From positions 15,879,653 to 15,943,652 of the forward strand of contig NC_134028.1 of NCBI RefSeq assembly GCF_964204645.1: 64,000 bases of DNA. Reading direction: 5' to 3'. Under the pieces are notes generated by a model. That model was not told where the DNA came from. It did not search any database and saw nothing but the letters and a program-made list of their open reading frames with translations. Source of the stretch: Tubulanus polymorphus (taxonomy: Eukaryota; Animalia; Nemertea). The position numbers and the translations under genes are program-made. Shown in pieces: positions 1-12,518 of this stretch (positions are counted from its first letter, which is position 1; each line of letters starts with the position of its first letter).

Positions 1-443
1 GCTGGATCTGTTTGCCACCCGGTTCAATCGGAGGTGTCCACTGCGTTGGGGGTCGACCCCTTCTCTCTGGATTGGTCAGGGATGCATGCATATGCGGTCC
101 CGCCCTCTTCAGTCCTCCCGCGCTTGCTGGATCAAAGGGAGAGATTAGTTAATTGCAACATAGTTCTGGTAGCACCATGTTGGCCGGGGCAGAAATGGTT
201 CCTACCACTTTTCAACCTCCTGTGCGACAACCCCGGGTTTCTTCCGAAATTCCCATTGATTTTGTCTCAGGGGAAGTGTCTAGCGATCCTTGTCAGCTTC
301 AGGCTTTTCGGAACAGGCTACCTCCTTTATCGCAGGATCTGAGCGGCCATCGACAAGTACCATTTACGGCGCCAAATGGGGTAATTTTACAGATTGGTGA
401 GCTACAGGGGAAATTGATCCATGCTCACCCTTTGTTGCTCAAT
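1..443 (+). pseudogene. DIRS1-type retroelement pol C-terminal methyltransferase-like region and start of the recombinase ORF (degenerate)
   Basis: Translates LDLFATRFNR...YAVPP...VLVAPCWPGQKWF, the DLFA/YAFPP/APxWPxQxWF signature of DIRS MT-like domains; then IDPCSPFVAQ, which continues as LADFLLHIF after the insertion ending at 3370. Confidence 0.85.
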
Positions 444-3370
444 AATGAAAGGCTGAATCCAAGAAAATGTCTATCGCACTTTTGAGCCCAAACGTCTACT
501 TTTACTTAGTAGCCACTTGAGAACAATAAGCAATTAACGATATCGGTTACTTTTCCAGTAGTATACATTTCAAAACAGTCACTCTGAAATAGTATTCCTT
601 TCAATTCGGTTGGTTTTCTATAGTGGCTGTTTCGAAGAGTCTACTATTGAAAAGTGACCAATTTAAAACATCTGGTTTTGAAAGTGCACAGTAGCAGTAG
701 AGGTGACTGTAAAACCACCCGCCTGTTAACAGTGACTTTGTGATAGTAACTCATACCATAACAGCTACTCTCAAAACATATCGATTCTATAAGTCAACTA
801 TTGAAAAGTCACCATTTTGAGATGGCCTGGTAATTTCCTGTTCAAAATAGCAGCATCTGTTAAAGATTTGCAGTGATACGTGACAGGTTCAAAGGTACCG
901 TTAAACCCTATATGCTTTGTATACAGAACTCTGTATGCTTTGAATACAGTTCTGTGAATAGAAAATCCAAGTTTTGGAGTTGCCAAGAATCCCCTGATTT
1001 ATATTACGCTCAACAAAATGGCAATATCCAATAGGAAAACTATTGATTTATATAACATCATCATGGATTAAATCCATTAATACTAATATAGTGCCAGTCC
1101 ATAAAAAAATCATATGTTTATAAGATGAATTACGTCCTATTTATATCATTATCTGGATGAAAACTAAACAAAATATTTCAAAAAAAATGTATCTAAAATA
1201 CTAAGAATTAACCTTGAATTTATTGTTTATTTCGATACAAAGGATTTTTAAGTAATCCATGTGATGTTCACTTTGTCACGCTGTTCTCGGCTTGTTCATG
1301 AATCGTTTTATCGATTGCTAGAAGTGATTGCCTGATCAAATATTATTTCATATTTATACAGTTTGGTTGAAATGAAATTACCAACTTATTATAAAAGATC
1401 ACATGATTAGCGTATAAAAGTGCAGTGTTGAGATATTCACGTAATTTTGAAATCAGCAATTTCATTTGATAGAGAAAACTTCGTTTGGCTTAAGAAGTAA
1501 AAGAAATGCGATAGGCTGTAAATTCAGTTTCACATACTTTCCTACTTTGTTGAGTAAATTGTTTATATAGATTATCAAAAACCCAGCAGCAGCTATCGGT
1601 CAGCAGATCAATTACACTGGCTAACTAGACAGTGATTGATGCACGAATGAACAAACTGCATTGGTCACCAAAAGACCTTGAACCAAAAGTAATTACCTCT
1701 TTATAGTAATAAACTCAGCACCGCAATATCTCTATGAGACTTTATTTCAAGGTGCCAATAAAATAATACGCCAAAATGTATGGTGTTTGAACTTCGCTGA
1801 ATCGATGAACCAATGATCATTTAAGATAATTATCAGTTTTTTCCAACTAAACTCTTTTTTACAAATTATCGTAAAATAATAACTACTAATATGTGGCACC
1901 ATAACAGAAGTGCATTCAGAGTAAGAATAATGATACCAATACTTGAATTTGGAAGCGAATGCAGGCTAGAACCAACAAAGGTACCGTTTTAAGGTGCAGG
2001 AATATACAGGGAATCCCTATCATAGCGACCAACACGGTTGTATATCGCTTCCGTGCTGAAAAGTGAATAATTTTCGACCTAAACGACTACAGTACCCGAA
2101 GAAGTCAAATAAAATACTCTAATCCATTAACTGTAGATAAATGAATTAAATTAAATTCCACAATAGAATTTTGTATCATGAAATTTATTAAAGTTTAACC
2201 ACAACGTTTCGGCTGTTGACTGACAGCCATCTGACTAAAATCCCTTCTCACTAGGAATGTCTACATTCCACCTGATGATGGCTGTTTTAGTCACCCGTCG
2301 AAACGTTGCGGTTTCACCAAATGAAATCTTGAATACCATACAAAGTTTCTTATTGATATTAAATTTGATCAAATATGGGCTTGATTTAGATGATTTCTTT
2401 GGAATGTTTAAAATCCACATGGATATATATAGCACATTTTGTTTAAAAAAATCAATGATGCAGCGAAATTAGAATTCAGGGAAATTCGAACAGATCGTCA
2501 TTTAAGATACTAAGACATCCAGGCCCCCGTTGAAAATAAACCACCATTTCAATAATGAGAGGTTAGCCTGAATTAATGATTGCGCTTTTAATTAAAGAAT
2601 TTAAATCAAAAATAAATGCAGAACTATGCTTGAAAATAGCTGCATTTGTTCAAATTGAATTCTTCATTAAATTATATCGCCATGAAAAAGAATGGAAATT
2701 TCGATTTATCTTAAAACTACATAACTATTGACAATTTGTAAATAAATCTAACTCCAATCTCGACTTTTATTGGTTAGAGTTGGGAATTGCTCATTACATT
2801 TCACATCCTCAAAGAGTATCTACAATATCTTCAGATCTTAACTGAGTCACTCTAAATAGAACTATACCCCAAACTATAGGTGAGTAGAGTTTCTCAGTAT
2901 GTTTATATTGTCACGTATCACTGCAAATCTGAAGCATATGTCGCTACAGTGTATTTATAACAGGGAATCTGGCAAGCGATCTCAAAATGGTCAATAGTTG
3001 ACCATTTTTTCAATAGTTGACTTTAAGAATCGATATGTTTTGAGAGTAGCCGTTATGGTATGAGTTATTATCACAAAGTCACTGTTTACAGGCGGGTGGT
3101 TTTACAGTCACCTCTAGTGCTAGTGTGCACTATCAAAACCAGATGTTTTCAAATGGTCACTTTTCAATAGTAGACTCTTCGAAACAGCCACTATGAAAAA
3201 CCAACCGAATTGAAAGGAATACTATTTCAGAGTGACTGTTTTGAAATGTATACTACTGGAAAAGTAGCCGATATCGTTAATTGCTTATTGTTCTCACGTG
3301 GCTACTAAGTAAAAGTAGACGTTTGGGCTCAATAGTGCGATAGACATGTTCTTGGATTCAGCCTTTCAAT
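444..3370. mobile_element. Non-autonomous foldback DNA element with ~440-bp terminal inverted repeats, inserted in the DIRS element
   Basis: 444-885 is the near-identical reverse complement of ~2909-3370 (ends AATGAAAGGCTGAATCC / GGATTCAGCCTTTCAAT). Removing it rejoins the DIRS frame gct caa t|tg gca gat. Confidence 0.9.
2199..2311. ncRNA. Two inverted, partly degenerate Penelope-type minimal hammerhead motifs
   Basis: + strand ccac-CTGATGA-tggctg...ccgtc-GAAAC-GTT-gcgg (2268-2311); - strand gatggctg-tcagtcaa-cagcc-GAAAC-GTT-gtgg (2199-2231) lacking the CUGA half. Confidence 0.5.
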
Positions 3371-4200
3371 TGGCAGATTTTTTACTGCATATATTTGTAG
3401 TAAAAGGTCTGCAGGTTATAACTATTAAAGGTTACCGCTTCGCGATTTCCCATACATTGCGTGCTTCTGGATGGCCAAATGTAATGGCACATCATCGGAT
3501 ATCCCAGCTAACTGCAGGGTTTTCTGTTTCCCAACCTCGGGTACCGGGTATAGTTCCACCATGGGATCTTTCAGTAATTTCGATGCAGTTAATGGATGCT
3601 CCATTTGAACCTCTTTCTGAAGCGTCATTTGCGAATTTGCCAAAAATGACTGTATTCTTGCTGTTCTTGGCTTGCTCGGCCCGTCGTTCTGAGATTCATA
3701 CACTTCCAGTTGGATAAGGTCATATTTTCTTCGGGCCAGCGACGGAATTTGTTTCGCTGCAGCCTGCTTTGGAGTTATTGTCAAAGAACTAACGGCCAGG
3801 CTCGGGTCGGTCGTCAATGGTGAATTGAAGCCCTTAAACGTTGAGTGGAACCGGGTCTTCCGGACAGGACGTTATGCCATGTACAGGCGTTATGTTTTTA
3901 TTTAGATCGCTGTGCTCTACGAAGGGGTTCGCGGGAGCGGTTATTTATTCCACTGTTGGATCAAGGGTGATATTTCTCGGGACACAGTGGCTCGATGGGT
4001 CTCTTCACGGATAAAGGACATTTTATTGAAATAGAATCTTTCTATGGAAGGAGTTGTTTCTCATCAAGTGAGGTCTATGGCTTTTTTAGGTGCTCTGTTT
4101 GAAGAAGTCTGTCGGGCCGCCTTTTGGAATTCTCCATCACCACATGTGTCCTTTTATTTAAGGGATGTGTCAGGCCAGTGAGGCTCATTAGTGTCGCTCG
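3371..4200 (+). pseudogene. DIRS tyrosine recombinase (stops and frameshifts)
   Basis: VPPWDLSVI...EPLSEAS...KMTVFLLFLACSARRSEIHTL (catalytic R region), SHQVRSMA (HxxR) near 4060 and FYLRD (catalytic Y) near 4155. Confidence 0.88.
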
Positions 4201-4434
4201 GTCTTGTTGTTATGGCTCAAGGTGTCCGTTCTTTCGGATCTGACTCTTTAGGGTAGAATTTTTATGTTCGCATTATCAGGATCACGAGGGTTGTACCCAT
4301 GTACATAGTTTGAGCTCATGTTCGCAAGTAATAATTTTGCGGAATTCGGCGGGCCCTCGAGCTGGACGGACTCACTGTGGCCAACTGGTCCTCCCTGTGG
4401 TACAGTTCTCCATCCAGTGCTTGGGTATGCTCTC

Positions 4435-6073
4435 TTTTTATGCCCCCGGCTCAACTTTAGTTGGGAGGGGGCATATAGATTTACCCCTGTCTGTATACGC
4501 CGCCGCCGTCTCCGCCGCCACCGCCGCCGCCGCAAGTGACGTTAACAGCCAAGAGGCCGCAATTGTTGACCGATTGTTTTAAAACTTGGTAAACAAGTAG
4601 GATATCACTTGGGCCAGAACCCTATTAAAAAATTGGGTCGATTCGATTTAAATTATGGCCACCAGGGGGCCGACATGAAAAACGACGTTAACAGCCTAGA
4701 GGCCTCAATTGTTGACCGATTGTTTTAAAACTTGGTACACAAGTAGCATATCACTTGGGCCAGAACCCTATGTAAAAGTGAGTCGATTTGATTTAAATTG
4801 TGGCCACCAGGGGGCCGACATGAAAAACAACGTTAGCAGCCTAGAGGCCTCAATTATTGACCGATTGTTTTAAAACATGGTACACAAGTAGGATATCACT
4901 TGCGCCAGAACCCTATTTAAAATTGGGTCGATTCGATTCAAATTATGGCCACCAGGGGGCCGACATGAAAAACGACGTTAACAGCCTAGAGGCCTCAATT
5001 GTTGACCGATTTTTTTAAAACTTGGTACACAAGTAGGATATCACTTTAGCCAGAACCCTATTTAAAATTGGGTCGATTCGATTTAAATTATGGCCACCAG
5101 GGGGCCGACATGAAAAACGACGTTAACAGCCTAGAGGCCTCAATTATTGACCGATTGTTTTAAAACATGGTACACAAGTAAGATATCACTTGCGCCAGAA
5201 CCCTATTTAAAATTGGGTCGATTCGATTCAAATTATGGCCACCAGGGGGCCGACATGAAAAACGACGTTTACAGCCTAGAGGCCTCAATTGTTGACCGAT
5301 TGTTTTAAAACTTGGTACACAAGTAGGATATCACTTGGGCCAGAACCCTATTTAAAATTGGGTCGATTCGATTTAAATTATGGCCACCAGGGGGCCGACA
5401 TGAAAAACGACGTTAACAGCCTAGAGGCCTCAATTGTTGACTGATTGTTTTAAAACTTGTACACAAGTAGGATATCACTTGGGCCAGAACCCTATTTAAA
5501 ATTGGGTCGATTTGATTTAAATTGTGGCCACCAGGGGGCCGACATGAAAAACAACGTTAACAGCCTAGAGGCCTCAATTATTGACCGATTGTTTTAAAAC
5601 TTGGTACACAAGTAGGATATCACTTGGGCCAGAACCCAATTTAAAATTGAGTCGATTCGATTCAAATTATGGGCACCAGGGGGCCAACATGAAAAACGAC
5701 GTTAACAGCCTAGAGGCCGCAATTGTTGACTGATTGCTTTAAAACTTGGTACACAACTAGGGTTTCACTTGGGGTAGAACCCTATTTAGAATTGGGTCGA
5801 TTCGATTTAAATTTTAGCCACCAGGGGGCCGACATGTAAAACCACGTTAACATTCTTTTTTATTGACACAAATGCTTTTGTATAATACATTTGTATATGC
5901 TGCAATGGAACCAATTTGTCCTCTCTATCTGGGTATCTGTCCTCTATAGGCAACAGTTGACAATAGGGGCTAGGAAGCCCGTTATAAAATAATTCCAGGG
6001 ACAAACCCTGAAAATTCACATATGCCTGTACATTTCAGGCCGGGGGCATTCGAAGCTTTGCCTCATTCTAGTT
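4435..6073 (+). mobile_element. Helentron/HINE-like non-autonomous element, family A
   Basis: Starts in a T-run with TTTATGCCCCCGG + hairpin, then a (GCC)n microsatellite, a tandem core, a 3' subterminal inverted copy CCGGGGGCAT and a terminal CTAGTT. Confidence 0.7.
4538..5850 (+). repeat. Tandem array, 9 units of 145 bp, highly homogeneous
   Basis: GGCCACCAGGGGGCC recurs at 4657, 4802, 4947, 5092... (145-bp period). Confidence 0.97.
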
Positions 6074-6139
6074 TCCCTCTTACTTTGCATTTATGCGGTG
6101 GTTTTTTCATCTACCTTTCCCACCATCCTTGTGCTAGGC

Positions 6140-7285
6140 TAGTCTAGCAAAAACCATAGGAAAGGGTACAGTACTCAACGGAAATATTACAATTTTTAGG
6201 CCAGTCGTAGGCTGAGCCTATTACTATACAAATGGAGTGAATTTAAATGACAGGGTTTCCAGAGTAAAGGCTATTTGACGGTGGAACTGAGCATAAATTC
6301 ATACAAATCATTCATTAGAGCCTTATCCATTCTCCAACCCCAATGAAGCTGAATTTTGAAAGTTGGCCTCGTTAAGATATATATGAGCTTTTTTGCGAAA
6401 ATCTGATCACAAAAATATCTGTTTTAAAAAGCCAATCAGAAAGCAAAGACTCCTCTTTGATTGGCTTAGCCGCAGAGATCAGCAGGTGTTCACGTGAACC
6501 CACGGTATCGTCTACCGTTTTACGTCCGGGTTTAATTTTAAGATCTAGAATTGTATTTCAATAACGATTTCTGTGATTTCTAGTTGATTTGGTTTTTGGG
6601 TGGAATATTTTTATTTGCACTACCGTAAATATTGTTGACAATTGTGCATAGTCCGGGAATAAATAGCTTTTTATCAATTCGGATGGATGACCTTGATATG
6701 CTAGTTAGCCATGTGCTCAAATTTATTCTGCAAAAATATCAAATCCAATTTAATGTTACTTTATTGAACAAGGTAAAACAGCAAATCCATTTCAATCGAG
6801 CAAATTTAAGAAATTTCAATTCTATTCCGCATTCAAATCAATAAGACCAAGGAGAAAGATTTAATTGAGGTATCTGTTCCTGCCAGCTCCAGTCGCTGTC
6901 TGTGCTACTTATGAAAACACAATTTGGACAAATTATTGTATTTGGACAAATTTAACCCACAGAATTCATCATTTGCCATTATCTGAAAAGCTGACAGGCT
7001 GGCCATAGTGCCCCTTGGGCTCTTGTTGGAACTAAAATTTGTATTTCTGAGTAGTACTTACCCTTTTCTATGGTCGGAATCCCGCCCACCTGCCCCGCAT
7101 GGTCTGCTATGGCGTAAAAAGATGGCGGATTTCGCTGATGGCTTAATGCAATACCGCAGGGCCGGGTCATATAGAAAAACCATTGGCTATCAATACAAAT
7201 TTAGAAAATATTTGCAAAAACCATAGGAAAGGGTAAGACTACTCGGAAAAACAAATTTTAGTTCCAAAAATTGTAATTTTCCAAC
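6140..7285 (+). repeat. DIRS terminal structure (ITR / internal complementary region)
   Basis: GCAAAAACCATAGGAAAGGGTA at ~6148 and ~7214, with the complement CTTACCCTTTTCTATGG at ~7057; TTGGAACTAAAATTTG (~7026) is inverted to CAAATTTTAGTTCCAA (~7252). Confidence 0.6.
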
Positions 7286-7319
7286 AAATCTTGCATTTTC
7301 AATATTCCTCTCGAATATA

Positions 7320-9060
7320 TTTTTAGCTCCGCTGTGACTGAAGGTCAGTGGAGCTGATGGGTTAGGGGGATTATCCGTCGTCGTCTGTCCAACCGTCATA
7401 GCGTCCGTCCGTCAACTTTTGCTCCAGTTTGCTACTGGTGATACTGTTTTTTTCTGATTTGATGAAACTTGGTATGTAGATACTATGGGCCAAGGGCTTA
7501 AAAGTAATAGAGCTGTTTTCCCAATTTGATATCTAGGGGGGCGCTGTACGGGTGGCACTTGTAAAATCTTTAAATCTCTACTTGTCCTACAATCATTGTC
7601 CACTATTGAAAAAACTTGGTATGTAGATACTACGCGCTAAGGGCTAAACAGTAGTAGAGCCATTTTCCCAATTTGATCTCTAGGGGGCGCTGTACGGGTG
7701 GCGCTTGTAAAAATTCTAAATCGCTACCTGTCCTACAATTATTGTCCAATGTTGACGAGACTTGGGATGTAGATACTATGGGCCAAGGGCTAAAAAGTTA
7801 TGGAGCCGTTTTCCCAATTAGATCGCTAGGGGCGCTCTATGCTTGCGCTTGTTAAGTCTTTAAATAGCTACTTGTCCTACAATTATCATCCGATCTTGAC
7901 GAAACTTGGTTTATAGATACTACAGGCCAAGGGACAAAATTTTATAGAGCCATTTTCCCAATTTGACCTTTAGGGGGTGCTGTACTGGTCAAACTGGTAA
8001 AATCTTAAAATCGCTATTTGTCCTACAATTATAGTCCGATGTTGACAAAACTTTATATGTAGATACTATGGGACAAGGGCTAAAAACTTAAAGAGCGGTT
8101 TTCCAAGTACAGGTGGTACTTGTAAAATCTTTAAATCGCGACTTGTCCTACAATTGTAATCCAATCGTGACGAAATTTGGTATGTTAATATTTTCTATTT
8201 TCCCAATCTGATGTCTAGGGGGCGCTGTACAGGTTACACTTGTAAAATCATTCAATTGCTACTAGTCCTACAATCATTACCGTATTTTCCTGTGTATAAA
8301 TCGAGTTTTTTAGACCAAAAATCATGTCCAAAAACGTAGGTCGACTTATGCACTGAATACACTTTCAATATCGTTTCAAGTGATGATGTTTAAGAGTTCA
8401 AGGTTCCTATGATGAAATGGAATATTAATTTATGTTAGGCTACACTCATATACCTCTAGAATTTAGAATTTTGATAAAATAGTTTCTTTTGGTTCAAAAT
8501 CAACTGATCTTAAAAATCAAATGAGAAAGAAAAGCGCGTGCGTGTATCATTGTACAACATTTTATATGTGCTGCGCTGCTGTAGCAGCGTGCCAATAATC
8601 AATACACAGCAGTCTAATACTAGACTACAGGCACGCAGCATTCAATGTATACACAATACATTCAACACGTGGATACAATCAGTGAGCACTAATCCGGTAA
8701 TTCAATATCAGAAACAACAGATCCTAATGATTTATTGCTAACAGTGGTAAAGACTCTCAACTACTTTGAGAACGACCATAGCACTGTTTTCAAAAGTGAC
8801 TTATGAAGAAATGAAGAACTTATACGTTATTATACTTTTTAAACTGAAAATTTGACCTTGACTTATACACCGGGTCGACTTGTACACCGGAAAATACGGT
8901 ATCTGATATTGACAAAGCTTGGTATGTAGATACTATGGGCCATAAGCTAAAAAGTTATAGAGCCGTTTTCTGGATTTGAACTCTTGTGAGTGCTGTGTAG
9001 GTGGTCCTTGTGAAATTTTATCATAAAACAGGGGAGCTGTATCAGCCGATAGTGCTTGTT
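7320..9060 (+). mobile_element. Helentron/HINE-like element, family B, with ~146-bp tandem core
   Basis: TTTTTAGCTCC start + hairpin, CGTC microsatellite, repeats of AAACTTGGTATGTAGATACT at 7465, 7612, 7758, 7902...; 3' GGAGCT subTIR and CTTGTT end. Confidence 0.7.
8280..8899. mobile_element. Tc1/pogo-type MITE nested in family B
   Basis: TIRs CCGTATTTTCC.GTGTA / TACACCGGAAAATACGG, flanked by TA on both sides. Confidence 0.85.
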
Positions 9061-10356
9061 TATCGTTACAAGTATATTTCACAAAACTTATTTGCAGGAA
9101 TGTACCTCCTCAATGATAGCAGACTATAAACATAAGCATAATTATCAGGTTATTGTGAATTCAGCCCAGCCATTACTTAAAATCAGTAACCACAATGTCA
9201 CATTTAAAGAGACATTCAATTCTGAGGGGATGTCACCTATGAAAGTAATATAGAATGAGACATCACATTGAAAAGCGATTTCTGAAAGTGATGTTTATGA
9301 AGAGACGTCAAATTTGCGGAGCAATATTGTTTCCAAAGACCATGAAGAGACGTTGCATTTGCAATGTGACGTAGTTTCTAAAAGCCTTAATCATGACGAG
9401 ACATCGCTCTTCTAGAGAGACGTTGCTTTTTCCCGTTTTTGTAAGAGTAGCAAGTGAATCCCCTAGCAAGCGCGTTAGTACACGTGAGCTGTTAATATTT
9501 TACCAATGTTGCAATTAATTTGTTTTTATGGCTTATTTACTAATAAAAAGATTTGAAAATATTTCACTTTTTAAAATTCACGGGCCAGCAGTTATCTTGA
9601 TGGAGAAAATTATGAAGTATTAATTCGTGGAAAGAATATTACACAGTACTAATTTGCTTATAAGAATGCTGTGGCAGAGTTCCTGACTCTATGTGGGTAT
9701 CGTTCGGATAACCGATGCTTTACGCTGGCTCAGACACCAATGCTATGATTTTTTCGAAAGTAAAACCCTTAGAATGACAGCAATTTCATTGCTTTCTAAA
9801 TTGGATCCACCATTTGAGTTAATCTGTGATGTGTAAAGTTGTCATATATTTCACAATTATACTTGATAACTTAAACTACATTGCCCCCAGTGTGAGGCTT
9901 TTAGACTAGAAATGAGCCAACCAACTCACTAATCTGGTATTGAAATCCCACTATACAGCTTAGCATCTCAGCACATCCACGTTAGGAAATATAGTTCCTG
10001 CTATGGCTTGAAACCAATAATCATAAGCTTCAAATACTAAGATAATAAGAACAAATTAAACCAGAGTTCTCTAGCCTTTGCGTACTTAGTGTTACCAATT
10101 GTGTTTTTGAAGGAAATAGTTTTTGTGTGCACATTATGATGACATGTAAGAGTAACAATATTCATCTTAGCCCATTTCTCTCATATTCATAGACATAAAT
10201 GTAATACATATTCTTTTACTTATTCAAGGGTGCAAAATTAATGGAAACATTCGTTGACTGTATAAGAGTAAGTTTTTTATTAATATTTCAGTACTTCTGC
10301 TTTATGAATATGGTGGCATGTTTATCATTATTTAAAAAGAATTATTACATTTTTAG

Positions 10357-10486
10357 AATGATCCTGATAAACAATCCAATATGCCAAGAGATGGTACTGT
10401 GCATGAGTTGACTAGTAATGTAATGATGTTTCTGTCACAACTGTTGGAATATGCTGATACAGCAGGTGCAATGCTAGTGACTCAAG
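10357..10486 (+). CDS. EXOC7: Exocyst complex component 7 (Exo70), internal exon
   Basis: ttttag|...|gtaatt; encodes NDPDKQSNMPRDGTVHELTSNVMMFLSQLLEYADTAGAMLVTQ, matching the conserved Exo70 motif PxDGTVHELTSN. Confidence 0.96.
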
Positions 10487-11274
10487 GTAATTATAAATGG
10501 ATGACTCTCCATTAACAGAAAGAAGAAGCAAGTTATAAAGTAAGCCTCTTCTAATGCAAGAGTGTTCTATAAATTGTTTTTTATTTGCCAAATAATTCAC
10601 ATAATTGATAATATTTAAGGGTTTCTGTCTAACCTACATATCTTTGAGACCAAAATGTCATTGAAATTTTTCTATGAAGACAAAATGCCTTGTTTATGGT
10701 ATATATCATTCTGAAACTGATGTTATAATTGAATTTTATAAATGACCTTTTTGGGATCAACTGTGTTGATCTTATAAAATGGTCCTGAGAGTAACTTTCT
10801 GTTAGCTCTTGGTGGCACAAATTGTAACCACTGGATATACCCAAGCGTTATTTAGTCGTTAGGAGGGAATTAGGTGTTGGAATTCATATAGCGAGTTTCG
10901 TCCATCAGCTCTATGGCCATTTGGAAGCTGGGAGAAAATGTGCAAAATGAATTTTTCCCCATTCTGCTAATTGATGCTTGACCTTGTTTCATGTGTAATC
11001 AGTACTCATTCGTAGGTGGAGAAAATTTTTTCTGCATTATATTGAAACTTAAGCATATTTTGTTACTACAATCAATTGGAAAGTTGTAGCTCATGACATG
11101 TTCTATGATCGTCAGGGATTCAACCAGACAAATCCCTTCGGATTTTTTTAAATTCCCTGACAGTCCTGCTTTATAATGTAAATTCATCCCTGTAACATAA
11201 TTTGTACTTGCAAGACTGTCGAAATAAATGAAATGAAATGAAAATGAAATTGTGATGAGTTTCAAGCCCATTGG

Positions 11275-12518
11275 TTTTTAGCCCACTTGGGACTTTAGTC
11301 CCAGCGGGCTATTGCGTTCACTTTTCGTCCACCGTCCATCTGTAGACGGAATCCAGTTATTTTGGGAAGTTTTGAAGACGCTTCAAGATAATGTCTTGAT
11401 ATTTGATTTATACATGTATCTACCCTAGATACATCTTCAGCCCAAAAACTGGCCCTGTCAGATTCAAGATGGCCGACTGGCAGCCATTGTTGTTCGCCAA
11501 AATCAGCACTTTTTACACATTTTCGAAGTTTACGAGGGAAATTTTGAAGACGCTTTGATCAATTACCTTGATCTTTCGTACATATTTGAATCTACCAAGG
11601 GCCCATCAGCATGAGAAAAATTGGGTCGATCTGACTCAAGATGACCGTCCTATGACCTTTTTAGTGGCCAAAAATGTCAATTTTGGCCAGAATTCTAGGT
11701 CCTGTAGCTTCCTACTGGTTTGCCACTTCTCATTGCAATTTGTGATGGGTATTCTTCAGAAAGGGATGTTTTATCCCTGAGACAGGTTTGTTGATCAGCC
11801 AATTATGAGGCAATTGGCGGTCATCTTGGTGTCATCAGTACTCATTTGTAGGTGGGAAAAAGTTTTTCCACATTAAATTGATACCTAAGCATATTGTGTT
11901 ACTATATTCAATTGGAAAGTTGTAGCCCATAACGTGTTCTATGATTTTGGTGAGTTTCAAGGTCATTGGTTTTTGTATGTGGCCACCAGGGGGCGTTGAA
12001 TAATACAATAACTTAGTATTTCTATATTATAAATGTACCTATGCATATTTTGTTACCACAATCAATTGCAAAGTTGTAGCTCATGACATCTTCCATGATT
12101 TTGGTGAGTTTTAAGAACATTAGTTATTCTATATGGTCACCAGGGGGCGTTGAATAGTAGAATAACTTAGTATTTCCTTATTAGATTGGTACCTATTCAT
12201 ATTTTGTTACCATGATCAATTGCAAAGTTGTAGTTCATGACATGTTCTATGATTGTGGTGAGTTACAAGGTTATTGGGTTTTGAATATGGTCACCAGGGG
12301 GCGTTGAATAGTAGAATAACTTTGTATTTCCATATTAAATTGGTAACGAGGCATACTTTGTTATCACAATCAATTACAAAATCATAGTTGCTGACCTATT
12401 CTATGATTGTGGTGGGTTTCAAGGTCATTGGTTTTTGTATATGGTCACCAGGGGGCGTTGAATATTGAAATTGTTAGATTGAGCATTTGAACCAACTTCC
12501 CAAGTGGGCATGGTGTCC
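11275..12518 (+). mobile_element. Helentron/HINE-like element, family C, copy 1 (154-bp tandem core)
   Basis: TTTTTAGCCCACTTGGGAC hairpin start, CGTC repeats, CACCAGGGGGCGTTGAA at 11984/12138/12292/12446, 3' subTIR TTCCCAAGTGGGC. Confidence 0.75.

Noticed and set aside
4248-4582. Arg/Ala-rich ORFs
   Set aside because: Produced by the (GCC)n microsatellite of the family A element.
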